DNA from: Candidatus Altiarchaeales archaeon | GTDB taxonomy: Archaea; Altiarchaeota; Altiarchaeia; IMC4; QMZM01 | Assembly: GCA_023252215.1 (NCBI GenBank) | Contig: JAHEXG010000003.1 | Location: 1-60,131 of the forward strand | Direction: 5' to 3' | Length of the DNA: 60,131 nucleotides | Shown: one piece after another, positions 42,399-53,484 of the stretch | Layout: each line of letters starts with the position of its first letter | Numbering within the stretch: the first letter of the stretch is position 1 | Notes under the pieces: generated by a model | What the model saw: the letters and a program-made list of their open reading frames with translations, nothing else | What the model was told of the DNA's origin: nothing | The model's database searches: none | Made by a program: the position numbers and the translations under genes

Positions 42399-43901
42399 AT
42401 GAAATTTCAGATCAAGAACTGGCCTATCGAAGCCGGGAGGCCTATTGCCATATTGAACCACGAAGATGCGAAGGACCTTGGCCTATATGTGTCGGACCGC
42501 GTCGAGATATCATACGACGGCGCATCTACGGTTGCTTTGATAGACACAACCAAGTCGTTCGTTTCAGAGGGCGTAATAGCAGTTTCCAAGGAAGTAGTTG
42601 ACATATTGGGCGTAAAAGTAGGCAACGAAGTAGAACTGCACAGGACCCTGCGGCCCCAGTCAGTCGATTACATCAAAAAGAAGATCCGAGGAGAGGCATT
42701 GCTTGCATCCGAGCTCAAAGTCATAGTCCAGGATATCGTGGCTAACAATTTAAGCGATGTAGAGCTTTCCGCGTTTGTGACCGCTGGCTACATAAACGGC
42801 TACAACATGGACGAAGTGGTGGGGCTCACCAATTCCATGGTGGAGACGGGTCAACAGATAGACTTCGGAGACAACATAGTGGACAAGCACTGCATAGGAG
42901 GCGTCGCAGGAAACAGGACCACGATGATAATAGTTCCCATAATAGCGGCTGCCGGGCTTACCATCCCCAAGACCAGTTCCAGGGCCATCACTTCTCCGGC
43001 GGGTACCGCGGACACAATGGAAGTGCTTGCAAAGGTCGAGTTCAACATAGACGAACTAAAAGACATCGTGGACACAGTCGGAGGATGCGTTATATGGGGC
43101 GGCTCCCTCAATCTTGCGCCTGCGGACGATAAGATCATACGCGTCGAGTATCCGTTGTCTCTGGATCCGCAGGGGCAGGTTCTGGCAAGCGTCATGGCCA
43201 AGAAGAAGTCGGTCGGCTCTGATTACGTTCTCGTGGACATACCCATGGGCAAAGGCGCAAAAGTCGCAGACAACGAGGCTGCCGGGCAACTGGCCAAGCA
43301 GTTCATAGAATTGGGCAAGAGGCTTAACATTTACGTCGAGTGCCTGATAACCGACGGCACCGCTCCCATAGGCGCCGGCATAGGGCCTGCGCTGGAGGCA
43401 CGGGACTGCCTGCTGGTCTTGGACAACAAGGGACCAAGCGACCTAATGAACAAATCTCTTGACCTGGCCGGCGTATTATTGGAGCTTTCCGGCAGCGTCA
43501 AGAGAAACCACGGGCGAAGCGCGGCTGAGAAGCTTCTGGCATCTGGAAAAGCCAAAAAGAAGATGCTGGAAATAATAGAAGCCCAGGGCGGCAACCCGTC
43601 CGTAAAGCCCGACGACATAAAGCTGGGAGAAAAGAAGCACACGATCAAAGCGGACTGCAAGGGCCGCATACGCTACATAGACAATAAGAAGATCTCGCTG
43701 GTGGCAAGGGCTGCAGGAGCGCCCAAAGACAAATCCGCGGGAGTCTATCTGCACGTTAACGTCGGAGACTGCGTAAAAGCCGGCGACCCTCTTTTCACGA
43801 TATACTCCAAGGCTAACGGAAAGATAGATGAGGCTATCAAGATGGTGGAGAAACTGCAGCCGATAAACATCGGGGGCGTTATCCTGGATACGCTTACCTG
43901 A
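42399..43901 (+). CDS. deoA: AMP phosphorylase (archaeal DeoA-type, thymidine phosphorylase family)
   Basis: 500 aa with the N-terminal extension typical of AMPpase. KHCIGGVAGNRTT...SSRAITSPAGTADTME. Confidence 0.8.
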   Translation: MKFQIKNWPIEAGRPIAILNHEDAKDLGLYVSDRVEISYDGASTVALIDTTKSFVSEGVIAVSKEVVDILGVKVGNEVELHRTLRPQSVDYIKKKIRGEALLASELKVIVQDIVANNLSDVELSAFVTAGYINGYNMDEVVGLTNSMVETGQQIDFGDNIVDKHCIGGVAGNRTTMIIVPIIAAAGLTIPKTSSRAITSPAGTADTMEVLAKVEFNIDELKDIVDTVGGCVIWGGSLNLAPADDKIIRVEYPLSLDPQGQVLASVMAKKKSVGSDYVLVDIPMGKGAKVADNEAAGQLAKQFIELGKRLNIYVECLITDGTAPIGAGIGPALEARDCLLVLDNKGPSDLMNKSLDLAGVLLELSGSVKRNHGRSAAEKLLASGKAKKKMLEIIEAQGGNPSVKPDDIKLGEKKHTIKADCKGRIRYIDNKKISLVARAAGAPKDKSAGVYLHVNVGDCVKAGDPLFTIYSKANGKIDEAIKMVEKLQPINIGGVILDTLT

Positions 43902-44010
43902 GTAGCCGGGCTTTTGCGTAGCTGCCGCAGCGTGGTGAAATAAGCTGCAATCTTTTTTTTTTATCTCGCGCATTTTCAGACCAGACAATGTTTGGACAGA
44001 ATATATGCCT

Positions 44011-45593
44011 TTAGGGTGCCTCTTCTGTTCCTATGCTTGCCGACGGCTCGGTGGAGGCGTATTTTCGGGCTCTGACATTATCTATCTGGATATAATTCAG
44101 AAATGGATATCCGCCATATGCCCCTGCGGCAAGGGCGATCTTTGAGACACTTGACGAGGTTGCGGTCGCTACTTGAGTCCATGAGTCAGAAGAAGCTGGT
44201 TTTTGGTATATGGTGATAGTAGAACCGCTTATTACATACTTGAAATCTCTAATATCCCCATTCGACACCGATGCTCCACTACCTGTAGTTGCTTCGACAA
44301 AGATGTATCCATAGCTAGGAATTAAAGATGCTCCCTGACTATCCGTGTGAGTTATATACGCAGTTATTAAATTATCGCTTCCTACGATCGCGACGCTTCC
44401 TTCTCCCATCTGGTTTGATGAAGTATCCGATATTGTCGATCTCCATTCAACGATGAACGAGGACAACGGGGTCCAGATGGCCTGGTGCTGGCTTCCTGAG
44501 TTGCTATTTCCATAAATCCAATATGTGCCCTCGCTCTTTGTCGCATCAGTAAACCTGAAGTAGCCATTGACTGTATAACTGATAGAATTCACTGCATTGA
44601 CAGTCCACTTGCCCGTATTCAAAGTCGTACCGCTGAAGTCGTCGAAGAACTCGAATACCGAATTACCATTACTGAGGCTCGTTGCGCCGGAATTTCCATA
44701 ATACATATAAATCGTCTTAGTCCCTGCAGGTACGCTGGGCACGTTCACCCAGAAAACCGCCGAAGACGATGCGACATAAGACTCCCTCCAATAATTCAAT
44801 AAAGTCACAGCGTCGCTGTCGGTAAATCTTATGTCATTGAAGTTGGCTTGCATGTCGCTGTCATAGGTGACAGAGACCCGGATCTGGTAATCAGTCAGCT
44901 CGGAACCGGAATTCGTTATGGTAACCGGCCTCCTGAAACCAAAATTAGAAAGCCACGGAATAGTGGTTGTTGTTGTAGTCGTGGTAGTGGTTGTTGTGGT
45001 TGTCGTAGTGGTCGTTGTTGTTGTGGTAGTTGTCGTTGTTGTGGTCGTTGTTGTCGTCGTGGTGGCAGTTGTAGTAGTTGTTATGTTGTAGTGGTCGTCG
45101 TCGTTGGTGTTGTAATGAATACCCCCTCTGTGGTTCCCTGCAGGGTTCCAGAGCTTTTGAAGGTCGTATTCGTCCCTATGCGGTCGTCGAAGTATGCTAT
45201 TGTGACAACCATGTTGTACGCGCCGTTTGAGCTTCCTTCTGAACTGATGTTTTGATTCCAGAGGTATGTTTTTCCCGCGGAGAGATTTATTGGCGCATTG
45301 GGGAGATCCGGGTCTGAGTATATTTCCCCGTTTGGGCCGGTCACATTGATTCCTATTATTTGAATGTTTCCGTTGATGTTGTTCTTTAGCGAGAGGGCCA
45401 AATTTCCGTCGCTTTTGTAGTTGTAGTCTACGGGCATGACCCCCCAGAAGCCCGTGTATGTCTGTTCGGTGCTGCTTTGGGGGTTGAAGGCCCCCCACTG
45501 CCATAAGACGACGAGGACTACGCTTATTACTATAATGGCCCAGCCGTAGGTCATCAAGAATTCGAGAGACGCCTGGCCTCTGGATTTTCTCAT
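44011..45593 (-). pseudogene. Class III signal peptide (archaeal type IV pilin-like) + poly-Thr + DUF2341/LamG-like surface protein, split by a -1 frame change in the Thr tract
   Basis: Frame A (45593-45081): MRKSRGQASLEFLMTYGWAII...TTPTTTTTTT*. Frame B continues ...ITTTTTATTT(T)n-IPWLSNFGFRRPVTITNSG...IRFTDSD...YMYYGN to 44011. Confidence 0.6.
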
Positions 45594-45634
45594 TTTTATT
45601 TTTTCCTCTATTATCTAATAATTCTCTGAGGAGG

Positions 45635-46150
45635 TTAAATACTTTTAATAATTGCGGAAACCATGTTTACGATCTCTTCCACCGAGAATCTCTTGGTGTT
45701 TATGACCAGATCGTATATGGATCTGTCGTCGAGGTCTATTTTGTATATCTCTTTGTATCTCTTTTTTTCGCTTTCTTCTCTTTTGAGTATGTCTTTTTTT
45801 GCCCGGACCTCGGTTGTCTTCTCTCTTTTCGAAACTCTCTGCGCCCTCACCGCAAGAGGCGCATCGAGCCATATGCGCAGGTCTGCGTCCAGCATGTAGG
45901 CCGAAAGCCGTCCGTCGACGACGCAGTTCCCATTAGAGCACATGTCTTTCTGTTTGCGGTCTATCTCCTTGTCTATGCCGGGATTTGCTTCGGCGTATTT
46001 TGAGAATTCTATGAGCTCCATCTTCCGGTCTTTTGCCATCTGCCTCATCACTTCGCCCACGGAGACGTGGGACATGCCGAATCTATGGGATATCTCGGAC
46101 GCAAGCGTTGTTTTTCCTGAGCCGATGGATCCCCCTATTGTGATTATCAT
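45635..46150 (-). CDS. cmk: Cytidylate kinase, archaeal type
   Basis: MIITIGGSIGSGKTTLA P-loop. Size and pattern fit archaeal Cmk. Confidence 0.7.
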   Translation of the reverse strand: MIITIGGSIGSGKTTLASEISHRFGMSHVSVGEVMRQMAKDRKMELIEFSKYAEANPGIDKEIDRKQKDMCSNGNCVVDGRLSAYMLDADLRIWLDAPLAVRAQRVSKREKTTEVRAKKDILKREESEKKRYKEIYKIDLDDRSIYDLVINTKRFSVEEIVNMVSAIIKSI

Positions 46151-46160
46151 CTTATTTTAT

Positions 46161-47327
46161 CTATTTGTTCCCCATCCTTTTCATCCTCTGCAATACTTCT
46201 TCGAGTCGCTCCCTGGGCTGGGTGAGGGCGCATCTTACGTATCCTTCCCCGTATTTCCCAAAACCGGTTCCAGGGGTCATCACGACTCCTGTTTTTTCCA
46301 GCAGGCATTCGGCGAACTGGGCTGAGGACTTGTATCCTTTAGGTATCCTGAACCAGAGATAAAACGTGGCTTTTGGTTTCTTCACGGCATAACCCAACTC
46401 ATTTAGTCCGTCAACCATTACGTCTCTTCTCTCCTGGAAGACCCTTAGGTGCTCTGATATGGAATCCTGCGGCCCGCTGAGAGCTTCTATGCCGGCTTCC
46501 TGGACTGCCTGGAAGGCTCCTGAGTCTACGTTCTCCTTTATCTTGCCCAGGCCGGAAATCACCTCGGGGTTTCCTACCGCAAAGCCTATGCGCCAGCCGG
46601 TCATATTATATGTCTTGGACAGGGAATGGAATTCTACGCCCACATCCTTTGCGCCGGCAACTTCCAGAAAACTCGGAGCCTTGTAGCCGTCGTAGGCCAT
46701 CTCCGAATAAGGAGCGTCATGGCATACTATTATGCCGTTGTCCACTGCAAAATCAACGGTTTCTTTAAAGAACTTTTTGTCTGCGACAGCCGCCGTCGGA
46801 TTATTAGGATAATTGATGAACAAAAGTTTTGCCTTCTTAGCAGTCGCACGCTCGATCGCTCCATAATCCGGGAGAAAACCGTTCTCCTCCAGAAGCGGCA
46901 TTTCCACGGGCTTTCCTCCCGCGAGAATAGTGCCGACACGGTACACCGGGTAACCGGGGTCAGAGAACAATACAACGTCCCCCGGATTAACGAATGCAAG
47001 GGGGATGTGCGCTATTCCCTCCTTTGAGCCGATGAGTGCGAGCACTTCTTTTCCAGAATCAAGCGTTACATTGAAGCGCTTCTTGTACCACTTTGCAGCG
47101 GCTTCCCTAAAAGAAGTCATTCCTGCATAGGACGGATACCGGTGATTCCTCGGATCATGCGCGGCTTTGCACAATCGGTCTATTATGTTCTCCGGGGTAG
47201 GGATATCCGGATCGCCGATGCCCAGGCTTATCACATCCACTCCTTCAGACCTCTTTTTTTCGATGGCTCTGTCTATCTCCGCAAATAGGTAAGGCGGTAT
47301 TTGTCTTATCCGGTCCGAGTATTCCAT
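46161..47327 (-). CDS. dapL: LL-diaminopimelate aminotransferase-like class I aminotransferase
   Basis: [13 protein letters not shown]...ISLGIGDPD...[14 protein letters not shown]. Confidence 0.65.
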   Translation of the reverse strand: MEYSDRIRQIPPYLFAEIDRAIEKKRSEGVDVISLGIGDPDIPTPENIIDRLCKAAHDPRNHRYPSYAGMTSFREAAAKWYKKRFNVTLDSGKEVLALIGSKEGIAHIPLAFVNPGDVVLFSDPGYPVYRVGTILAGGKPVEMPLLEENGFLPDYGAIERATAKKAKLLFINYPNNPTAAVADKKFFKETVDFAVDNGIIVCHDAPYSEMAYDGYKAPSFLEVAGAKDVGVEFHSLSKTYNMTGWRIGFAVGNPEVISGLGKIKENVDSGAFQAVQEAGIEALSGPQDSISEHLRVFQERRDVMVDGLNELGYAVKKPKATFYLWFRIPKGYKSSAQFAECLLEKTGVVMTPGTGFGKYGEGYVRCALTQPRERLEEVLQRMKRMGNK

Positions 47328-47360
47328 TTTTGTTTGATGCTGAATATCCGACTTTTTTTT

Positions 47361-48839
47361 TTATCTTTTTGCCATGAGCGAGTTTAGGCCGCTGACAAGC
47401 GCATCGACGCTTGCAAGGACGATGTCGCTTCCAGTTCCCTGGGCCGTAACCACGCGGTCTTTGCTTTTCAGTTTTACCATGACCTTGACCAGTGCGTCTG
47501 TTCCTCCGCTTATGGAGTCGACGTGGTACTCGACAAGCTCGAAGGGAACGTCTTTTGTGGCGTGCTTTATGGCCTTCAATGCGGCGTCGACCGGTCCCGT
47601 CCCGACCGCGGATTCCACAATCTCCCTTCCGTTAAGCGAGAGCTTAACCGAAGCCGTGGGCGTGATAGTATTGCCTGCGACTGCGACGAGCTCCTGGACC
47701 TTTAAGCATTTCTCTCTCTTGATGCCCTGGACGGAATCGGCGATCGCTTCTAGGTCTGAACTTGTAACCCGTTTGCCTTTGTCGCCCATGTATTTTATCT
47801 GCGAGAATATCTCTTTGAGCTGCTCGTCTGTTACGGATATTTTTTGGTCTTCGAGCATCTTCTTTACGGATTTTGCGCCTACGTGTTTTCCGAGGACGAA
47901 CATTCTTTTCGCTCCCACAAGTTCGGGCTTGATTGCTTCGTAGGTTTCGGCCTTTTTGAGTATGCCGTCCACGTGTATGCCCGCTTCGTGCGTGAATGCG
48001 TTCTCTCCTACTATTGCCTTGTTCGGGGGGACGGGTATGCCGCAGATTTTTTCAACGAGCTCGGACAATGCCAGTATCTTTTCAGTCTTGATGCCTGTCT
48101 CGTATCCGTATCCCAGTTTCAGAGCCATGACCGCCTCCTCAAGAGCCGTGTTGCCGGCCCTTTCGCCCAGGCCGTTCACTGCCACGTCGATAATGGCCGC
48201 TCCGGACTTTACCGCGCATATCGTATTTGCGGTCGCCAGCCCCAGGTCGTCGTGGCAGTGTATGCCTAAAGGCACCTTTGCTTTTTGCGCAAGATGCAGG
48301 AATATCTCGGATATTTTGTCCGGGGTCATTATGCCCACGGTGTCTGCGATGGTGAACCTGTCTATTTTGCATTCAGTCGCTTTCTTCAATACTTTCTCAA
48401 GGAATTCTATGTCTGTCCTCGAGCCGTCTTCTGCGCACAGGTCTACTATGAGTCCGTGTTCCTTGGAGTAGTCGATGGCATCCGCCATCCTCTTCAATAG
48501 TTCGTTTCGGTCTATGCCCAGTTTGTACTTGATGTGCAGGTCGGAAGTAGGAGCAACCAGGAAAACGGAGTCCACGCCGCACCACAGCGCTTTGTCTATG
48601 TCGTCCTTTACTATTCTCGCAAAGCTCGATATATTTGCCCGCAGATTCTCGCCCGATATCTTTTTGATGCTTTCCTGTTCTCCGGGGCTGGTGATCGCGG
48701 CCCCGGCTTCTATTACGTCGACTCCGACGTCGTCGAGGGCTTTTGCTATCATTAGTTTCTCCTCCGGCAGAAGAGATACGCCGGGCGTCTGTTCGCCGTC
48801 TCTCAGCGTGGTGTCGTGCACCATTATCTTCTTTGACAT
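47361..48839 (-). CDS. 2-isopropylmalate / (R)-citramalate synthase family
   Basis: DTTLRDGEQTPGV...HCHDDLGLATANT...; C-terminal LeuA-dimer-type domain, 492 aa. Confidence 0.8.
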   Translation of the reverse strand: MSKKIMVHDTTLRDGEQTPGVSLLPEEKLMIAKALDDVGVDVIEAGAAITSPGEQESIKKISGENLRANISSFARIVKDDIDKALWCGVDSVFLVAPTSDLHIKYKLGIDRNELLKRMADAIDYSKEHGLIVDLCAEDGSRTDIEFLEKVLKKATECKIDRFTIADTVGIMTPDKISEIFLHLAQKAKVPLGIHCHDDLGLATANTICAVKSGAAIIDVAVNGLGERAGNTALEEAVMALKLGYGYETGIKTEKILALSELVEKICGIPVPPNKAIVGENAFTHEAGIHVDGILKKAETYEAIKPELVGAKRMFVLGKHVGAKSVKKMLEDQKISVTDEQLKEIFSQIKYMGDKGKRVTSSDLEAIADSVQGIKREKCLKVQELVAVAGNTITPTASVKLSLNGREIVESAVGTGPVDAALKAIKHATKDVPFELVEYHVDSISGGTDALVKVMVKLKSKDRVVTAQGTGSDIVLASVDALVSGLNSLMAKR

Positions 48840-49230
48840 TTTGCTTGCAAAGTACTACCTATCTTTATTTATCTTTGTACATAATTAAATAAAGGAAAAA
48901 TGGCGGCAAAGAGCATACGTTACTCAAAGATAGCGGATGATCCTTTAGGTTTGCGTTTATGCAGATTCGAGAGGATGACCGAAGAATTGGAAATGCGCAT
49001 ATCTTCCTTCGGAAAAAAGAAACGCACAAAATCTTCTTCGAGGACAAGATGATTTTTCCCGGAGGAAAAAAGCGATAGTTATATATACTACGACAACAAA
49101 TAATCTTATTGATAAAAAACTTTTTTCCTTACAAAAAAGTTTTTCCTAAAAATGGCAGCAAAAAAATCTAAGAAGGCAACAAAAAAGAAGGCTACTAAGA
49201 AGAAATAAATTTTTCTTTTTAGTTTCTTCT

Positions 49231-50274
49231 TTATCTTTTCTTTTTTACCTTATCTGTTTTTTGTATCCCCTGTTCTGTTATGAATCCGCTTACGTATCTT
49301 CCGGGAGTTACGTCAAATCCCGGATTCCTTGCAACGCATCCCTGCGGAGCGATGCGCACTCCGTCGACGTAAAGGATCTCGTCTGCGCTTCTTTCCTCTA
49401 TCTCCACATCCTCTGAATTTAACCGGACGTCGAATGTGCTCTCGGGCGCGGCAACGTAAAAAGGTATGCCGTTCTCTTTTGCGACAACGGCTTTTTCATA
49501 CGTCCCGATCTTGTTGAATACGTCTCCGTCCTTCGTCACCCGGTCCGCGCCCACTATGACCAAGTCTATTTCGCCCAGGCTCATAAAATATCCTGCGGCG
49601 TTGTCAGCGATGAGAACATATGGTATGTCCTCCTGCGACAATTCCCACGCGGTCAGTTTCGCGCCCTGCAGACGGGGACGGGTCTCGTCAACGAAAACAT
49701 TTATCTTCTTTCCGCCGCGATGCGCGAGCCTCACAGGAGAAAGCGCGGTTCCGTAGTCGACGCATGCCAGCGCTCCTGCATTGCAATGAGTCAGGATTCT
49801 GGATCCCTCCTTGATGAGGGATTCGCCGAACACTCCTATCTTTCTGCATGATTCGGCGCTTCTATCGGCGTACAGGCAGCTTTCTGCGAGCGCGGTCTCT
49901 TTTGCTTCATTCACAGAAGACGCTTTCATTATTTTCCCCGTCATATCGTCGACCGCATAAAAAAGGTCGTATGCAGTAGGCCTGGCCCATTTGATCTGGG
50001 CCGAGGCGGAACTCATGTGTTTTTCAAATTCTTTCATGTCTGCGCCTTTGTACTCCGAAGCCGCCTGGGCCAGCGCGTATGCCGCTGCTGCGCCTATCGC
50101 GGGCGCTCCCCGCACTATCATGTTCCTGACGGCCGAAACAGTCTCCCTGTAATCTTTTGAGCGATAGATCTCGAATTTGTGCGGGAGCATGCGCTGGTCT
50201 ATCATGTTGACCGCGGTTTCTTCCATCCATATGGTGCGGTAATCCTTTGCTCCTTCCCCGGTTTTTACCAACAT
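49231..50274 (-). CDS. eIF2B-related isomerase (ribose-1,5-bisphosphate isomerase or MTR-1-P isomerase)
   Basis: MIVRGAPAIGAAAAYA...THCNAG...VGADRV are typical of the e2b2/MtnA family. Confidence 0.8.
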   Translation of the reverse strand: MLVKTGEGAKDYRTIWMEETAVNMIDQRMLPHKFEIYRSKDYRETVSAVRNMIVRGAPAIGAAAAYALAQAASEYKGADMKEFEKHMSSASAQIKWARPTAYDLFYAVDDMTGKIMKASSVNEAKETALAESCLYADRSAESCRKIGVFGESLIKEGSRILTHCNAGALACVDYGTALSPVRLAHRGGKKINVFVDETRPRLQGAKLTAWELSQEDIPYVLIADNAAGYFMSLGEIDLVIVGADRVTKDGDVFNKIGTYEKAVVAKENGIPFYVAAPESTFDVRLNSEDVEIEERSADEILYVDGVRIAPQGCVARNPGFDVTPGRYVSGFITEQGIQKTDKVKKKR

Positions 50275-50391
50275 TTTTTTGTTCCTCCAGATATTTCTTT
50301 TTTTTTGGCCGAATTATTTACTCTATATATTATAAAGTTATGTAATGTAATGTTATTTGTTAATTGAGAACGAATTACTACTCTACTAAAA

Positions 50392-51639
50392 ATGGCTTAC
50401 AGCGTTAAAGATATAAGGCTTGCGGATGAAGGCAGCTTAAAGATCGATTGGGCTGAGGCGCATATGCCCGTTCTGATGGAGATACGCGGGCAATTCTCCA
50501 GAGAAAAACCATTGAAGGGCGTGAGGGTGGGTTTTGCCCTGCACGTCACTAAGGAAACCGCGGTCCTTGTCAGGACGCTTCGCGCGGGAGGCGCAGAGGT
50601 GGCGATCGCGGGATGCAATCCTCTGAGCACCCAGGACGACGTTGCTGCGGCCCTGGCAAAGGAGGGCGTGGACGTGTATGCGTGGCGCGCAGAGAGCCGT
50701 GAGGAATATTACGAGAACATTAATAAGGTCCTTGACCACAAGCCCCAGATAACGGTGGACGACGGCGCAGACCTGATATTCACGATACACAAGGAAAAGA
50801 CCGAGCTATTGAAAGACATAAAGGGAGGCTGCGAGGAGACGACCACCGGCATAGTAAGGCTCAATGCCATGGAAAAAGACAAGGCATTGAAATATCCTGT
50901 GATGGCAGTAAACGACGCCGACACCAAGCATCTGTTCGACAACCGGTATGGTACCGGGCAGTCCACACTCGACGGGATACTTAGGGCGACAAGCATCCTT
51001 TATGCAGGCAAGAACTTTGTAGTCGCAGGATACGGGAACTGCGGCAGGGGAATAGCTTCCGACGCGCGGGGAATGGGCGCGAACGTCATAGTCACGGAAG
51101 TGAACCCTGTGAGGGCGCTTGAGGCGGTGATGGACGGATTCCGCGTAATGCCCATGGACAAAGCAGCGGAGCTCGGAGACATATTCGTTACCGCGACAGG
51201 CGACGTAGACGTGATCACTGGAAAGCATCTTGAGAAGATGAAGAACGGCAGCGTTCTGGCAAACTCCGGCCACTTCAACGTAGAGATAAACACGCAAGAC
51301 CTGGAGAAACTGTCAAAGGGCAAGAAGAAGATACGCGAGAACGTGGAAAAATACGCCCTGAAGAACGGAAAACACTTATATCTATTGGCCGAAGGCCGCC
51401 TCGTGAACCTCTCTGCTGCGGAAGGGCATCCCAGCGAAGTCATGGACATGAGCTTTGCGAACCAGGCTCTGGCAGTAAAATACCTCAACCAGAACAAACT
51501 GAAAGCAGGCATCTACAAGATACCCAAAGAAATAGACGAAATGATCGCCCGCCTAAAGCTGAAAACGATGGACATAGGGATAGACGAATTATCCGCAAGA
51601 CAGAAACAATACATATCAAGCTGGGAAGAAGGAACTTAA
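50392..51639 (+). CDS. ahcY: S-adenosyl-L-homocysteine hydrolase
   Basis: 415 aa. [14 protein letters not shown]...[10 protein letters not shown]...GHFNVEI. Confidence 0.95.
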   Translation: MAYSVKDIRLADEGSLKIDWAEAHMPVLMEIRGQFSREKPLKGVRVGFALHVTKETAVLVRTLRAGGAEVAIAGCNPLSTQDDVAAALAKEGVDVYAWRAESREEYYENINKVLDHKPQITVDDGADLIFTIHKEKTELLKDIKGGCEETTTGIVRLNAMEKDKALKYPVMAVNDADTKHLFDNRYGTGQSTLDGILRATSILYAGKNFVVAGYGNCGRGIASDARGMGANVIVTEVNPVRALEAVMDGFRVMPMDKAAELGDIFVTATGDVDVITGKHLEKMKNGSVLANSGHFNVEINTQDLEKLSKGKKKIRENVEKYALKNGKHLYLLAEGRLVNLSAAEGHPSEVMDMSFANQALAVKYLNQNKLKAGIYKIPKEIDEMIARLKLKTMDIGIDELSARQKQYISSWEEGT

Positions 51640-51677
51640 TTAACCGGAACTTCTAATATTACTCTGATGGTGAAAAG

Positions 51678-52238
51678 ATGGAAAACAAAAAAATACTGAT
51701 AGGAGATTATCTAGGAACTATCGAAGAATTCGTTCCCGGAAAAGGCACCTACGCTGAAGACGGAAAAATATATGCGTCGAACATGGGCAAATACCTGGTT
51801 GACCCCGAGAACCACGTAGTCTCAGTCGACGGCAAAAACCCGCCGGTACTGGAACGAGGCCAGGTAGTGTTCGGGGAAGTATTGGACCTGCGGAAGAATG
51901 CGGCCGTGGTCATAGCAAGAAAACTGCAAGGACACCCGGGCGAAGTAGACATAAAGACCGGGTTATTCGTTTCCAACATGGCCGACAGCTACGTAGAAAG
52001 ACCCGAGGACGCATTCGCCATAGGCGACATAGTCAAAGGCGTAGTCATAAAAATAGAATCTGGCCTGATAGACATATCTACCAAAGGCCCGATGGGCGTG
52101 GTCAAGGCATTCTGCAGAAGATGCCGCTGCCCGCTTGAAAAATCCGACAAAGGCCCGGACATGCTCGAATGTCCCTGCTGCGGCAACAAAGAAAAACGCA
52201 AGATAGCAGAGGACTACGGGAACGTATCCGAATTATAA
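51678..52238 (+). CDS. csl4: Exosome subunit Csl4 (S1 + Zn-ribbon)
   Basis: PGKGTY..., S1-like core, C-terminal CRRCRC...CPCCG. Confidence 0.75.
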   Translation: MENKKILIGDYLGTIEEFVPGKGTYAEDGKIYASNMGKYLVDPENHVVSVDGKNPPVLERGQVVFGEVLDLRKNAAVVIARKLQGHPGEVDIKTGLFVSNMADSYVERPEDAFAIGDIVKGVVIKIESGLIDISTKGPMGVVKAFCRRCRCPLEKSDKGPDMLECPCCGNKEKRKIAEDYGNVSEL

Positions 52239-52264
52239 AGGTCCCGCGGGGATCTGCGGAAAAA

Positions 52265-53236
52265 ATGGGCGTAAACCTCAAAGACATAATAAACTCAGAC
52301 CCAATAAGCTTTTCGGACCTGAAAGGAAAAGTCATAGCAGTAGACGCCCTGAATTCTCTATACCAATTCCTGGCAAGCATCCGCCAACAGGACGGAACGC
52401 CGCTCATGGACTCCCATAAACGGGTTACTTCTCATTTATCCGGCGTTCTATACCGCACGATCCGCCTGCTGGAACTGGGCATAAAACCAGTATACGTCTT
52501 CGACGGAAAACCCCCCCAACTAAAAGGAAAAGAGATAGAGCATAGAAGCGTTGCAAAAGAGGAAGCCCACTATGAATGGATCCGCGCAAAAGAAGAAGGA
52601 AGAATAGAGGATGCAAAAAAATACGCCATGCGCACATCCCGCCTTACTTCCGAAATGCTGCGCGAATCAAAAGACCTGCTAAAATACATGGGCATGCCCT
52701 GCATACAGGCCCCGAGCGAAGGAGAAGCACAATGCGTCCGCATCTGCACCAACGGCGACGCATGGGCTGTGGGGAGCCAGGACTACGACTCCCTCCTATT
52801 AGGCTCGCCCCGGCTTGTCCGTGGCATGACCATGAGCGGAACGATCGAACTATCCATGATCACACTGGAAAAAGCCCTCAAAGAACTGGGCATAACGCGG
52901 GAACAACTCGTAGACCTCGCCATACTCGTAGGCACGGATTTTAACGACGGGGTAAAAGGGATCGGCCCAAAGAAAGCGCTCAAAGCAGTAAAAGAGGGAA
53001 AAATGGATGGACTACGCAGCCAGGTAGAAGGCTTCGACGAAATAAAAGAGCTATTCATGGACCCGGAGGTCTCGGACGAATACGGCATAGAATGGGGGAA
53101 ACCGGATAGAACTGCTGCGATAGACCTGCTTTGTAAAGAACACGAGTTCTCCGAAGACCGGGTGAATAACGCATTCAACAACCTGGAAAAATACATGAAA
53201 GAGTTTTCGCAGAAGGATCTGAGCGCGTGGTTCTAA
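52265..53236 (+). CDS. fen: Flap endonuclease 1
   Basis: MGVNLKDII...VAVDALNSLYQFL...VYVFDGKPP...SQDYDSLL. ATG 52265 lies inside track ORF 52169. Confidence 0.95.
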   Translation: MGVNLKDIINSDPISFSDLKGKVIAVDALNSLYQFLASIRQQDGTPLMDSHKRVTSHLSGVLYRTIRLLELGIKPVYVFDGKPPQLKGKEIEHRSVAKEEAHYEWIRAKEEGRIEDAKKYAMRTSRLTSEMLRESKDLLKYMGMPCIQAPSEGEAQCVRICTNGDAWAVGSQDYDSLLLGSPRLVRGMTMSGTIELSMITLEKALKELGITREQLVDLAILVGTDFNDGVKGIGPKKALKAVKEGKMDGLRSQVEGFDEIKELFMDPEVSDEYGIEWGKPDRTAAIDLLCKEHEFSEDRVNNAFNNLEKYMKEFSQKDLSAWF

Positions 53237-53253
53237 AACCCCGTTGTAAACTG

Positions 53254-53484
53254 CTATTTCATCAGTTCAAGAAACTCGTCTCTGCTAAGTCCCGCTTGCC
53301 TTATAATCTCTATCAAGGTTCCCTTGTCTATTTCTTTGTGGTCCGGGACGACAAGACCTTTTCTGCCTTCAAGGCTTGTCTTGGATAAAATAATATGGCT
53401 GCCTTTTTGTCTAATAGGAACGAAGCCTATCTTCCCCAGCAGCTTGATGACCTCACGCCCCGAGAGGACTGGGAGCCTTGACAT
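53254..53484 (-). CDS. hicA: HicA-type mRNA interferase toxin
   Basis: LSGREVIKLLGKIGFVPIRQKGSHIIL. Confidence 0.8.
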   Translation of the reverse strand: MSRLPVLSGREVIKLLGKIGFVPIRQKGSHIILSKTSLEGRKGLVVPDHKEIDKGTLIEIIRQAGLSRDEFLELMK

